NCBI RefSeq assembly: GCF_006345805.1
Contig: NC_043002.1
Location: 108,128,001-108,192,000 of the forward strand
Origin: Octopus sinensis
Lineage: Eukaryota
Direction of reading: 5' to 3'
DNA: 64,000 nucleotides
The notes under the pieces are model-generated. The model saw only the letters and a list, made by a program, of their open reading frames with translations. It searched no databases and was not told the origin of the DNA. This document shows positions 38,321 to 51,247 of the stretch, in pieces. Made by a program: the position numbers and the translations under genes. Within the stretch, counting starts at the first letter, position 1. The number at the start of each line of letters is the position of its first letter.

Positions 38321-40921
38321 GGCTTTTAGCCCCAGGAGATCATCGTCTCCAGCTGGCTTTAGGCACACTTTCTGTGGTTAGCCATATTGAGATGGCTAGT
38401 ATACTTTACATTTTATTTATAATATATTAATTAAATATAATATTTTTGTTTAGGTGAGAAGCAATTGGTTTTATTGTTAGTCAGATAATTGCTAATAAAA
38501 ACTAGCATTGCTAAAATAACAGGAGAAGATATCAGATATGTACAGAGTTAGTAGACATATATATTTAGCATCAATGCATCAATTCAATTGCATTTAATAC
38601 AGAAATATTAACTGAATTGCTACAGTTGGCACCACAAAAGGCTGCCAATGTTGATAGCAAAGTCAACAAGGTTTGAAGTTATTTCTACTGAAAGAAGAAC
38701 TAGAAAAAACTAAAATGTTGCTCACACCCATATCAGTGTTAAATATGATTATAATAGGCAACAGATTTACATACCAATTCTCCTATAAGGAATTTGGAAT
38801 AACAAAGTTAGTTCTTTATGATTCTTCAATATGGTCAGTTTACTATTCTCTACTGCCCTGAGATTCACCAACCATAACCATCATGACTCCAGCATGACCA
38901 TCACCACCTTACATATAATCCACTTGATGCACACATCTCTTCTTTTACCATATTCCCATTGTTCCTCATATTCATGAACTATGGTCCCTAATCCTTCTTC
39001 CCTACAGTTTCAGCTTTCAGTATTATCTTCCTCTTCATGTTTTTTTTTTCCCTGCCACAAACACTGACCAGCAGAAGCTCAAGCTGAACTTTAGCCTCAC
39101 TGACCCTTATTAGTTGGTAGGAATTATAGACTGTAGGAACTATAAGGCGACGAGCTGGCAGAAACGTTAGCACGTCGGGCGAAATGTGTAGCTGTATTTC
39201 GTCTGCCGCTATGTTCTGAGTTCAAATTCCGCCGAGGTTGACTTTGCCTTTCATCCTTTCGGGGTCGATTAAATAAGTACCAGTTACACACTGGAGTCGA
39301 TACAATCGACTTAATCCGTCTGTCTGAACTGTCCTTGTTTGTCTCCTCTGTGTTTAGCCCCTTGTGGGTAGTAGTAAAGAAATAGGTAGGAACTATAGAC
39401 ATAAGTCTATTTTCTTCCTCAGATGAGCTAAAATTAGGGGGGAAAAGGCAAGACATTCCATTCTGTACTTATGGGTTGACTCAAAGAGTTTGATCAGTAA
39501 ATTTCATGCTAGAAGCTATGCATCTTTAAGATTTATCTATCATTTATATACCTTATACTGATTTATAATAATGTATGCAACTATTTCACTTTGATAATTA
39601 TCAGTGTATTTTCTTTTAAGACATAACAAAAAATTAATTTTTAATTTTTGCAAAGATACAAATAAATATGAAAGTTAAACATAAGCCATCATTGATTTCT
39701 AACCTAGGAACCACAAATGGTTAACATAAACACAAGGCCACAAATTTTAGGGAAGGAGTAATTGCTTAAACCTTCAAAGTACTTCTTGACTGGACCATTT
39801 TATCAACTCATGAAGAATGAAAGGAAAAGGAAAATTTGGTCTGGTCTTGGCAGGATTTGATATCAGATCCTAAAGGACTGTAGATGCTTTAATGATTCTG
39901 CTGCATGACTATCTAATTAGCAAGATGTTCCTCAGTATTATAGACATAAAAATCATCATCATCGTCATCATTTAGCGTCCATTTTCCATACTAGCATGGG
40001 TTGGACGGTTCAACTGGGGTCTGTGAAGCCAGCAGGCTGCATCAGGCCCAGTCTGATCTGGCAGTGTTTCTACAGCTGGATGCCCTTCCTAACGCCAACC
40101 ACTCCGTGAGTGTAGTGGGTGCTTTTTACGTGCCACCTGCACAGGTGCCAGACGGAGCTGGCAAACGGCCACGGACGGATGGTGCTTTTTACGTGCCACC
40201 GGTACGGGGGCCAGGCAAGGCTGGCAATGGCCATGAACGGATGGTGCTTTTACGTGCCACCGGCACGGGGGCCAGGCGAGGCTGGCAACGGACACGAACG
40301 GATGGTGCTTTTAATGAAAATGTAAAAATATGAAACAAATTAATGTCAACAATTTGGGAAATGTACATAAAAAGCTAAGATGTGTTGGATATGATATGAA
40401 GAAATGATGTTGGTAGAGACTTTGGAAATATAATATTTTAAGGAAATGAGGAAATGGTCTGCCTGTAATTAGAACACAAATACTTTTGTTTTAACAGGAA
40501 AAAGGGAAAACAGATTTATTAGGGAGAAGAGAAAGCAGAAAGTAATGAGTGAAATTTGCAAAATGAGCTTGACAGAAATACATGACGGATGAGGGTGAGA
40601 AGTGGTCATGCATGGAAAGGTTATGAACTGAGTAAGGAAATTCACATAGTGTGACAGAAAATGATGGGGGGTGTGGGGTAACAAGTGTCCATGCTTTGTA
40701 AGACTGTAAGTGCTCTTCAGAGTGGTTAAGAGGTGTTCACATTTCCAGTGAGTTGGTTTTGCAGGGAGAAAACACATGGCTTACAAAAGAAGCCTGACGA
40801 CATGGTGCCTTGCACAAACTGAACTGTGGATGGTGCAGCAAGAAACAGCAGGTCCAAGAGGAAGAAAAGAGCGGTAATTTACCAAAGAGCTGGAAAGTGT
40901 TCAAACATTCAAGCTTCTCAC

Positions 40922-41054
40922 ATTGTTCATCTTTGCTTCGACCTAATTCCATCACAAGATGACGAACTTTCTCTGGAATCTTGCCTTTGTAACTCTCCAA
41001 GATTAAGTGTTTAATCTCCTTGCACCATTTTACTTTCTGGTCAATGTTCCTTGC
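40922..41054 (-). CDS. PLEKHG1: PLEKHG-like exon (PH C-terminal helix), phase 0-1
   Basis: ttttaaag|GCA...CAA T|gtgaga; ARNIDQKVKWCKEIKHLILESYKGKIPEKVRHLVMELGRSKDEQ. Confidence 0.92.
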
Positions 41055-41341
41055 CTTTAAAAAAGATTAAAATTGGCAAATAAATTAACTTCTAGAAATT
41101 ACTTACGAGATATATATGTATACTTGACATGAAGAATTGGACAATTTTTGTCAATTTCTTTTTAAACTCTTGTCTTTTTTTCACTAGAATTATATTGAAA
41201 TATACCATTTTAATTTATTTTGAAAATAACGAAGAATTTGAAGGGATTTATTAGTAGGAATAAAGTATGGCTAAATTATTTTGATAATGATTACTGGTGT
41301 TTAGAATTAAGATTAGTATTAGACTTATGGAATGGACTTAC

Positions 41342-41437
41342 CTGTAAAGTATGCATTGACTTGGGATTATCAAATGGGATAACTTGAAAACTAAGAGGTT
41401 CCTTTGGAATACTTTCAATCAACATCAGATTAGCACA
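41342..41437 (-). CDS. PLEKHG1: PLEKHG-like exon (PH domain), phase 0-0
   Basis: ggctag|TGT...CAG|gtaagt; [32 protein letters not shown]. Confidence 0.95.
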
Positions 41438-42002
41438 CTAGCCAAAAGAGACAAGATTAGCAGAATTAGTATTAGTGATATCTAAATAAGTTAAATTAAG
41501 GGTTCGGTAAAGAGCCCAATAAAATAAGTACCTGGCCTAAACAATAAAGTAATGGGATTGACTTGTTTGACTAAATCCTCTGAGACAGTATGCCAGCATG
41601 GTCGCAGTCCAATGGCTGAAACAAGTAAAATATGTGTGTATATATGTGTGTGTGTGTGTATAAAATGGCATGCCATTGGGCAATGCAGCCCAGTAGCATA
41701 TTGATATTTGCTCTTATGCAACATGGTGTAGCCTGATGATTTGAGAGCTTTTCTGTTGTGTTCTGCAGGATCTTATAAAGATTGCGCTTCAATACATACA
41801 ATGTTACAATGAAATAAAATCTCTCAGTGAAATGATTATAGCGATACCACATAATCTATTCATTTGCTTTTATTGCTATATGTATGTGTCTGTTGCATGT
41901 GTGTCCAGTGGGTGAGATCACTAGTATAAGATGAACAACCGATGTGAGTTCCAGTCACACTGCTTCTGAATTTCCATGATTCTTTGTCACCATCCAATTC
42001 CA

Positions 42003-42419
42003 CTCTCTCTCTCTCTTTTACTTGTTTCAGTCATTTGACTGCGGCCATGCTGGAGCACCACCTTTAGTTGAGCAAATCGACCCCGGGACTTATTCTTTGT
42101 AAGCCCAGGACTTATTCTATCAGTCTCTTTTGCCAAACTGCTAAGTGACAGGGATGTAAACACACCAGCATCGGTTGTCAAGCAATGCTAGGGGGACAAA
42201 CACAGACACACAAACACATACACACACACACATATATATATATATACACATATATACGACAGGCTTCTTTCAGTTTCCGTCTACCAAATCCACTCACAAG
42301 GCATTGGTCGGCCCGGGGCTATAGCAGAAGACACTTGCCCAAGATGCCACGCAGTGGGACTGAACCCGGAACCATGTGGTTGGTTAGCAAGCTACTTACC
42401 ACACAGCCACTCCTGCACC
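42003..42419 (-). mobile_element. SINE family A
   Basis: same consensus. Confidence 0.9.
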
Positions 42420-43157
42420 TATATACCTATATGTATGTATACATATATGTTAAAAAGCCATTAACTATTAAAGAGAACTATATAAACTATAAGCACATTC
42501 TTTTTGTGTTTTGATGCATGGAAAAAAAATACGAGGGGGAGTCTCCTGACAGACCATCTCATAATTTGCAGATCACTCCTCAGAGAAGACAAAAACCAAT
42601 TGATAGCATAACATGTAAGTGTGTGTTTTGTATATTGATAATTTAGATATTATTGATACAAGCATGATTGTATTTAAGAGGTTCTCTTCACAACTACTTG
42701 GTTCTGAGAGATTCCATTGTGTAACATTTTAAGCAAGTATCTTCATTCATAGCTTTAGACTGACCAATACCTTGTGAATGGAATTTGGTTAATGGAAACC
42801 TACCGTCTGTCTATCTTTCCATCAAATTGATCAATGTATCCATGTGTGTGTGTGTGTGTGTGTGTGTGCACACATGGATGTGAATGTCTATGTACATATA
42901 TACATCTTCCAACACCTAAATTACCATGGGATACAAACACCCATAACAAAACTGAAAAACGAAAACTTTATTGATAAAGTTCCCTTGAGATATTTGTTCT
43001 ACACTAAGAGACACTCACTCCCATGTTCTCACCGTTTAATGGTGACAAGTGATTGGCTTATTGGAAAGCTGTAAACCACACAATTGATCACTTAGCTGCA
43101 AAACATAATTGATAAAGAATTATAAGTAAGGTCACATGATTAGATAATTAAACTTAC

Positions 43158-43274
43158 TTCAATAAAGGTCTTACAACTCAGCATCCCCTCTTCTTTTTTC
43201 TTGGCAATAAGTACAGCTTTCTCAAACAAAAACACATGTCGATACGTTTTGGTCCCACAGAGCCGAAAGGATCC
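43158..43274 (-). CDS. PLEKHG1: PLEKHG-like exon (PH domain), phase 0-0
   Basis: tcacag|GGA...GAA|gtaagt; GSFRLCGTKTYRHVFLFEKAVLIAKKKEEGMLSCKTFIE. Confidence 0.95.
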
Positions 43275-44234
43275 CTGTGAAAAACAAGAAACAAAAACCT
43301 TTAACAGATAGTATTATATTTGTAAATTCAGCATCTTCCCTTTGTTTTTTTAATTGGTCAGTATTTCCCCTGGACAACTTTACAGCATGTTGCATTATAA
43401 TTACATAGTTTTAAGTAAAGCAACATATTTACAGTAATATGTATAACCCTTTAGCATTCAAACCGACCATATCCGGCCAGAATATTTAACCTGTTTTATA
43501 TTGAAACTGACCAGCTCTCGCCTCTCACCTCAGCCCTACCATGTCATTCTAAAACTAAAAAATAGCATCACTGAAATCTCTAAACTACAAGATAACGCAT
43601 GATTAATTCAAAACAATATAAATAAACAAACATCACATTTGAGAGAATAATCTGAACACTAAAGGGTTAATAATAATAATAATAAAGTCAAAATTAAAAG
43701 AAGGGTGCCATTGTCATCTAGTGAGCAATATTTCGACATCTTGTGTGTCTTCAACAGGTTCAAAAAATAATTTTGTCAATATACATTATTTTGGTTAATA
43801 TATAAAGGAGTCAGGTAACTCCTCCAGAAGATATAGAATCACAATTAAAAGAAGATTGACAAAATTATTTTTTGAATCTATTGAAGACAGACAAGATGTC
43901 GAAATATCATTCACGAGATGACAAAGGCAAATTCTTTTAATTTTGACTCTAAATCTTCTGGAAGAGTTACCTCAATCCTTTATATATTAATAATAATGAT
44001 AATAATAATCTTTTCTACTCTAGGCACAAGGCCTGAAATTTTTGGGGAAGGGGCCAGTCGATTAGATCGACCCCAGTATTCAACTGGTACTTAATTTATC
44101 GACCCCGAAAGGATGAAAGGCAAAGTTGCACTCAGAACGTAAAGACAGGATAAATACTGCTAAGCATTTCACCCAGCATGGTAATGTTTCTGCTAGCTCA
44201 CCGCCTTCATAAAAATAATAATAATAATAATAAC

Positions 44235-44650
44235 AACAGACTGTGGAAAGAGTGTGGAAAATGTGATCCACTTGGTAAGTGGATGTGAGAGCCTTGCACA
44301 AAAAGAATACAAATGCCGCCACGATAAAGTGTGTGTATCTTCATTGGCTCTTATGCTGTAAATATCAATATGAAGTAACAGAGAACTGGTATGAGCATGT
44401 ACCAAGTAAAGTTATGCAGGAGGATGGAAAAGTAATGATACTCTGGGACTATGGTTTTCAGACGGATCGTGTGATCGAACACTGTTGGCTGGATATTGTC
44501 ATATTGAATAAGAGAGACAAATACTGTCGGATCATTGATGTAGCCATACCAAATGACTTGAATGTTGTGAGTAAAGAGGCTGAAAAAAATCACCAAGTAC
44601 TCCAAATTGAAAGTGGAAATGGCAAGACTGTATGGAATGTGAGAGGGTAA
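44235..44650 (+). mobile_element. R4/Dong-like non-LTR retrotransposon fragment (restriction-like endonuclease region)
   Basis: HWLLCCKY...WYEHVP...ILWDYGFQTDRVI...DIVILNK...IIDVAIPND...KEAEK. Confidence 0.8.
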
Positions 44651-44893
44651 TAAGAGGGACAGGATAACTGCACCCTCTAGGCTTGGTGGCAGGCAATGAG
44701 TAAAGAGATGCTACAACACAGAAAGAGAAAGAATTGTAGAAACAGAGAAGGGAGAAAAGTAAACAAAAGAGAGAGAGTGTGTGTGTGTGTGTAAAAAAAA
44801 AGATACAGTTCTATATTTAAGAGATGAGGAATTATGTATATTATTTACATTATTTACATTCGACGGATATTTGACCTCATCTTATTTGTTGTT

Positions 44894-44939
44894 AACACAA
44901 CATTTCGGCTGATATACCCTTCAGCCTTCATCAGGTGTC
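44894..44939 (-). ncRNA. Minimal type-I hammerhead ribozyme motif
   Basis: GACAC CUGAUGA A GGCUG aagggUAUAU CAGCC GAAA UGU U GUGUU. Confidence 0.65.
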
Positions 44940-44975
44940 TTGAAGAATGAGAACCCAGGTTCGAAATTTCCCCAA

Positions 44976-45021
44976 GACACCTGAAGAAGGCAGGAGGGTA
45001 TATCAGCCGAAACATTGTGTT
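44976..45021 (+). ncRNA. Minimal type-I hammerhead motif (CUGAAGA variant)
   Basis: gacac ctgaaga a ggcag gagggtatat cagcc gaaa cat t gtgtt; one stem II mismatch. Confidence 0.5.
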
Positions 45022-45162
45022 AGCAACAAAAAAGATGAGGACAAATATCCATCAAATGTAAATAATGTATAAGAAAAAAAGATGTACTGTAAGGTTAAAA
45101 CAATTGTTATAAAGCTTTTAGATGAATGAAAAGGCAAATAAGTGATGTATTTCATTGAGATA

Positions 45163-45559
45163 TCTTTATATATAAAAGTCAAGTTGTGCGTCTGTCTCCT
45201 ACAATTTAGATTCCTAACTACTCCCACATTTTGCGGTGCAGTTTAACCAAAACCGGGTATCTTATAGTCGTGATTCATATCGAGCCCTTCTGGGTATTAG
45301 CGCGCGTCTACGATGAGTCTACGATTTTAAAAAAATTTACCATCAGTTTTTTCCATTTTAATGCATTTTTTCGCTATTATATAAGGGAAGTAACTCTCTA
45401 AAAATGTCTACGATGAGTCAACGATTTAAAAAAAAAATTACCATAATTTTTTTTCCATTTTTAATGCATTTTTTTGCTATTTTTTGGCTATAACTCTCTA
45501 AAAATGCTTATATAGTTATTTCCCTTACAAACCCGAGCAACGCCGGGCGATACTGCTAG
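45163..45559 (+). mobile_element. Non-autonomous Helitron with internal duplication
   Basis: A|TC...cccgagcaacgccgggcgatactgCTAG|T; duplicated ctacgatgagtc...aattacca block. Confidence 0.8.
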
Positions 45560-45798
45560 TATTTAATATTTTGAAATTAAAATCTAACTCGTTTACTAAC
45601 TGGGAGCTATTCCAGGAAAATGAAAAAGCATCCTTAAAGTGGTTGGTATTAGGAATGGTATCAAGCTGTAGAAACCATGCCCAATTAGACAATAGAGTAC
45701 AATGCAATCCTTGGGCTCTTTGGACCCTACCAAACCATCCAAGCCATTCTAAATTGGGAAATGGATGCTCAGTGATGATGATGATGACAGTAACTAAC

Positions 45799-45999
45799 CT
45801 CTAAAACAAGGTCCCCTAATGTGGTGAGATCAGCTCCATCATATTCCAACAATTGACTTTGAATTTCTTGGACATGCACTGCATGTTCGTGCTTGCGTTT
45901 CATTTCGTTAATGTGTTGTGCCATGCTGGTCATGTGGGTCAACGCCTGGCACAAAACATTATGACCGATTCTTTCTTCATCGTAATGTTTTAAGATGTT
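45799..45999 (-). CDS. PLEKHG1: PLEKHG-like exon (DH end / PH start), phase 0-0
   Basis: ttttcag|AAC...GAG|gttagt; ...AQHINEMKRKHEHAVHVQEIQSQL...LGDLVLE; the HINxMKRKHEHAV motif is characteristic of PLEKHG1/2/3. Confidence 0.97.
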
Positions 46000-46879
46000 C
46001 TGAAAATAGAAGAGGAAAAGAAAGAAAATAGAGAAATAACAATAACATGTTTGTGAACACAAAGCATTTAACACTGTATTGGATGTGGTTACATACCACT
46101 AATCACAGTGCACTTTCTCACATTGTTGGAGCTTTCAAATGATACCTATTTCTTTATTACCCACAAGGGGCTAAACATAGAGGGGACAAACAAGGACAGA
46201 CATAGGTATTAAGTCGATTACATCGACCCCAGTGCGTAACTGGTACTTAATTTATTGACCCCGAAAGGATGAAAGGCAAAGTCGACCTCGGTGGAATTTG
46301 AACTCAGAACGTAACGGCAGACGAAATACCGCTAAGCATTTCGCCCGGCGTGCTAACGTTTCTGCCAGCTCGCCGCCACCCATTGGTTAGGTAGGCAGAC
46401 TGGCCATCTTTCCCTCCTAATGGAATACTAGTCCATTCCAGGGTTACACATTTACAGCTGATTGGGTTGGAGTAGCAGGAAATGAAGTGTTTTGCTTAAG
46501 AACACAATGCCCCACCCGATCTAGAAATTGAAACCACCATCTTGTGGTTACGAGTGCAACACCCTATCCACTAAGCCAGATGCCTTCAATAAACTTTGCA
46601 TGAATGAAAAAAATATAATAATAATTTACTTAAAATTGTTTGAAAACTTTTCATACATATTGTTGAGTCAGTCGTTTGAAGTGACTCGTTTGTTAACGAG
46701 AGACAATTTTTGATTTAAAATGTGTCCACATAACGATGCGGTTAAGTAGCTTGCTTCCCAGCCACATGGCTTGGGGTTCAGTTCCACTGCAAAGCAAGTG
46801 TCTTAATATAGCCTTGAGTCAACCAAAGCCTTGTGAGTGGATTTGGTGAAAAGAAACTGAAAAGAAGGCTTTTACATTA

Positions 46880-46944
<65 letters not shown>

Positions 46945-47240
46945 TGAGGCGCAATGGCCTAGTGGTTAGGGCAGCGAACTCGCAGTCGAAGGATCGCAGT
47001 TTCGATTCCCAGACCGGGCGTTGTGTGTGTATATTGAGCGAAAACACCTTAAAGCTCCACAAGGCTCCGGCAGGGGGGGGGGTGATCCCTGCTGTACTCT
47101 TTCACTACTCTTTCTCCCATTCTTTCTTCTGTTGGCCTGCTCGCTTAGCCAGCGGGGTGGCGTCATTCGAAGGCTAAAACAATGCGAACGCATTGTGACC
47201 AGCGATGTGTAACAACATCTGATGGTCTGGTCGGTCACGT
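46945..47240 (+). mobile_element. SINE family B head with a different 3' body
   Basis: matches family B up to ctgtactctttcac, then an unrelated tail ...ggtcggtcacgtga. Confidence 0.75.
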
Positions 47241-47250
47241 GATATATATA

Positions 47251-47295
<45 letters not shown>

Positions 47296-47881
47296 TGTGT
47301 GTGTTATTATTTTCGCACCTTGACATTGCATGTTAGTTGTAAACAAGTGTCTATCATCAAACTGTGTCTTCCGTTTCCAATCTTCTGTGAAAACGTGTCA
47401 AGCTCTGGCCATGGGTAAACATTACCTTACTTGGAAAAACAAGTGGGGGTAGGTAGCAAGAAGGGCATCTGGTCATAGAAAATGTGTCTCAACAAAATTT
47501 GTCTGACCCATGCAAGCAAGGAAAAGGGGACATTAAAATGATGATAATGGTCAGAGTCTTTTAAAATATGAAAGTGTCTTGTGGAACTCTTTTCTAAGAA
47601 CAAGATTAAGAAATACTTTTGTACAGAGAATAATTGCTGTATTTATGACTTGTTTTTGTGGTTAAGAGAACTGCTTGTGTTGTACCTATATTAATGCGAG
47701 AGTACTCACAGCTCAGGTTGGCATAGGACTATTTCAAATGGGTTTTGTGTTTGTGAAATTGATCAGAAGCTCTAGGATGGTACTTTGTTGTATTTTACAG
47801 TATCTCTGGTATATGAATCAGGGGTGTAACCAGCCCACTTGTAAAATGCATACCTTTCCTTCATGGAGCACTGCAGCAGTT

Positions 47882-48365
47882 TTAACCCTTTTGTTACTGT
47901 ATTTCTGTTGAGATGCTCTGTGGTGTTTCTTTCAATTAATTTTAAATATAACAAAGGATTTAGTAAAATATCTTAGTTATCATTAATCTAGTGTTAGGAA
48001 CATAAATTGTGGCTAAGGTTTGGTGGAAGATTTTAATTCAAAACTTTTGAAAACAAGACATTTGTACTCGGAGCCAGAGGCGGTTTCAGCCGGGTTGGTA
48101 ACAAAAGGGTTAAGAATTGTTTCTCTATTATATATTTTAACCCTTTTGTTACCATATTTCTGTTGAGATGCTCTGTGGTGTTTCTTTCAATTAATTTTAA
48201 ATATAACAAAGGATTTAGTAAAATATCTTAGTTATCATTCAGCTAGTGTTAGGAACATAAATTGTGACTAAGGTTTGGTAGAAGATTTTAATTCAAAACT
48301 TTTGAAAACAAGACATTTGTACGCAGAGCCAGAGCCGGTTTCAGCCGGGTTGGTAACAAAAGGGT
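47882..48365. mobile_element. Two tandem piggyBac-like MITEs, family 2 (another at 22028-22257)
   Basis: ttaacccttttgttac...gtaacaaaagggttaa twice (47882-48113, 48137-48365). Confidence 0.8.
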
Positions 48366-48438
48366 CAAACAGCAACAGTAACAACATAATTCATCACATT
48401 TTACTTGTTAGCATTCAATATATCAATATCTAATTTAC

Positions 48439-48589
48439 CTGAAGAAGAAGATGGTATTTGAGTACACGCTGCACTGGTTTCAGTAAATAAGCTCCCAACG
48501 GAAGAACATGATTGAGGATCAACTGACGCTGTTTGAAGATGTCGGCCAGATTTTGATGAGACATGCAATTCGTTAGAGTTTCTACAGCA
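48439..48589 (-). CDS. PLEKHG1: PLEKHG-like exon (DH domain), phase 2-0
   Basis: ttaacag|T GCT...CAG|gtaaat; ...[25 protein letters not shown], canonical DH motif. Confidence 0.97.
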
Positions 48590-48780
48590 CTGTTAAAATA
48601 TAAGACAATAATTAATTTCAGGTGTAAACTTGTTGGATCCACCAAATATATAGATAAATAATATTAGAATATAATGAGATTACTGTATAAAGTGCTCATG
48701 TGCACTACAACTTAAATCAGAAAAGGTTACAAGAGGGAACAGAAAGGAGAGATATAAGTCAAGTAAGAAAGACATCAATG

Positions 48781-49224
48781 AAAGCTAGAAATACATGTAC
48801 AGTACACAGAATAAAACACAGAAAACAGAAAAGCTAGAAATACATGTACAGTACACAGAATAAAACACAGAAAACAGAAAAGCTAGAAATACATGTACAG
48901 TACACAGAATAAAACACAGAAAACAGAAAAGCTAGAAATACATGTACAGTACACAGAATAAAACACGGAAAACAGAAAAGCTAGAAATACATGTACAGTA
49001 CACAGAATAAAACACAGAAAACAGAAAAGCTAGAAATACATGTACAGTACACAGAATAAAACACAGAAAACAGAAAAGCTAGAAATACATGTACAGTACA
49101 CAGAATAAAACACAGAAAACAGAAAAGCTAGAAATACATGTACAGTACACAGAATAAAACACGGAAAACAGAAAAGCTAGAAATACATGTACAGTACACA
49201 GAATAAAACACAGAAAACAGAAAA
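48781..49224. repeat. 49-bp minisatellite, 9 copies
   Basis: agctagaaatacatgtacagtacacagaataaaacacagaaaacagaaa at 49-bp spacing from 48783 to 49175. Confidence 0.95.
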
Positions 49225-49861
49225 GGAAGCATGGAGTCTTTGAAGAATGCAGTGTCCTTAAAGCTAACAACTGATGTGGATAGTGTATTCCATGCTTTGA
49301 CAATTCTTCATATGAAAAAAAGAAAGGGTTTCCAAACTCCATGAGACTGCATTGCATCATTTTAAAATTTTATAAGCAAATCCATGATTGGTAAGGATAT
49401 TGAATTCAAAAAGTGGCCCAAGTTATTGGAAAGATGGTGGATAATTGGGTGTGCTTCTACTAAGACAGCTGCTAGACATCGAAATTTTAAAACTCTTGAA
49501 GGGTATTTCGTGGCACATCTCTGCACAGCTTCCAAAGATTACTATAATAAAGGTGATGTCACATTAGAGCTAAAAACAACAAAAATTATTCTGATAAATA
49601 TTACAGAAATCAGAAATCTTTAATCCTTTAGATGTCTTGTTTCTGTTGAAATACCTTGAGCTGAGAGGGAGTTGGAAATGTCAGCTTTGAGATGTACATA
49701 GATTCTGAGGAAAAGACAAGATGATCACAGGTGGACTGTCCTTTCCCAAAGGTCTGCTTAATTAGGGTTGATTTGGGGCTAAACACAAAAACATACACAC
49801 AAAGCGAAAGGGAGAGAGAAAGAGAAGAGGTTGTTAGTGTATAATATCTAAAAGTACTCAC

Positions 49862-49978
49862 CATGGATAATTGGTGCAGTAATTGCCATAAATAACAAAC
49901 TTGTCTTTGTTCTTCACAAAACATTCAGCAACTTTCAGGGGTTCTCCATTACTATGCTCCAACTCTTCCAGAAATTCT
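49862..49978 (-). CDS. PLEKHG1: PLEKHG-like exon (DH domain), phase 2-2
   Basis: ttttcag|A GAA...CCA TG|gtgagt; EFLEELEHSNGEPLKVAECFVKNKDKFVIYGNYCTNYP, similar to PLEKHG 'IAECFV...YCTNYP'. Confidence 0.95.
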
Positions 49979-51247
49979 CTGAAAACAAAACAAAAGCAAT
50001 AATCAGCATTAATCCAAAGAGATGAGAAATAATGATAGTAAGAATTAACATATCCGGGCTGCTGATGTTTATATTCAAGGGAATCTGTTAAACATATATT
50101 ACAACATCAATATATAAAACAATTGTGTGTGTGTGTGTATTTGTGGTTATTATTTCATTGAAAGTGTCACAATCTCAACCCAGATCTTGTCATGTCTGTT
50201 TATCTAAGGCTCGTGTATAAGGTTAGTTCCAGAGTCTAAGGATGTGAGAGAACAGGCCATCAGACCACACATGAATATAACAGATTATATATTAGATAAA
50301 TTGCTAAATACATCAATGAATACACACACACACACCAATATATGTATACATATATATAAATGTGTGTGCGTGCATGTTCTTCCCTTATTTAAATCAGGTC
50401 CCAGCCCAGCTGCAGAATTGATAATAAACAAAGAAAATTTCTACATAATTATGTGTGTATTATTTATGTATACAAATGTACGTGTGAGTGTGTGTGTAAT
50501 TATTTCAGCATGTTTGTGTATGTTCCCAATTTTGTAATTCTTTAAATTCCTCCTACAATGAAGAGTCTGGTTTCTAATTGAGAAAAAACTGCAGAACTGA
50601 AATTTAAAGATCACCGATAAAGAGTTCCATGGTGAACGTTTAGCAAATATACATTTCACTGTTCTGCTTATAGATCGTCAGCATCATCATCATCATTGTC
50701 ATCTCTCTCCTCCTCCTCTACATCATCATTTAATGTCCGTCTTCCATGCTGGTATGGATAAGATGGCCTAACAAGAGCGAGCAAGGCCAGAGAGCTGCAC
50801 CAGGCTCTGTTGTCTGTTTAGGCATGGTTTCTTTGGACGGGTCCCCTTCCTAATGCCAACCACTTCAGAGAGTGGTTTTTACATGGCACTGGCACCAGTG
50901 CTTTCTATGTGGAACCAGCACTACATACTTATAGAAATATAAATTAGTTGGAGCATAGGTGAATGTCATCATCATGAAATGTTTGTCTTTCATGCTGGCA
51001 TGGATTTGACTGTTCAAGAGGATCCAATGGGCCAAAGAACATAGTTGAGTTCCAATGTCTACTTTGGCATGGTTTCTACAACTGGATATGGTTCCAAGTG
51101 CAATCCACTTTTCAAAGTTTCCAGAGTGATATTTTGGTTTTTTCACGATGCTAGCACCAGTAAGTTTATCAATAAACTCACTAAAACCACTTGACTGAGC
51201 CAGATTGGAAGTATGAGGAAAGTGGGTTTGTGCCAGGTGTTGAAATA

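Larger units (their letters stand above)
44806..45070. mobile_element. Same family, headless inverted pair of tails (locus 2)
   Basis: cagttctatatttaagagatgagg...ggtgtcttg followed by plus-strand gaatgagaacccagg...aatgtaaataatgt. Confidence 0.8.

Noticed and set aside
38600-38690. Acceptor-like ttttctagttcttctttcag in the 31130-40921 intron
   Set aside because: The frame stops after about 21 codons with no donor; flanking exons already join in phase.
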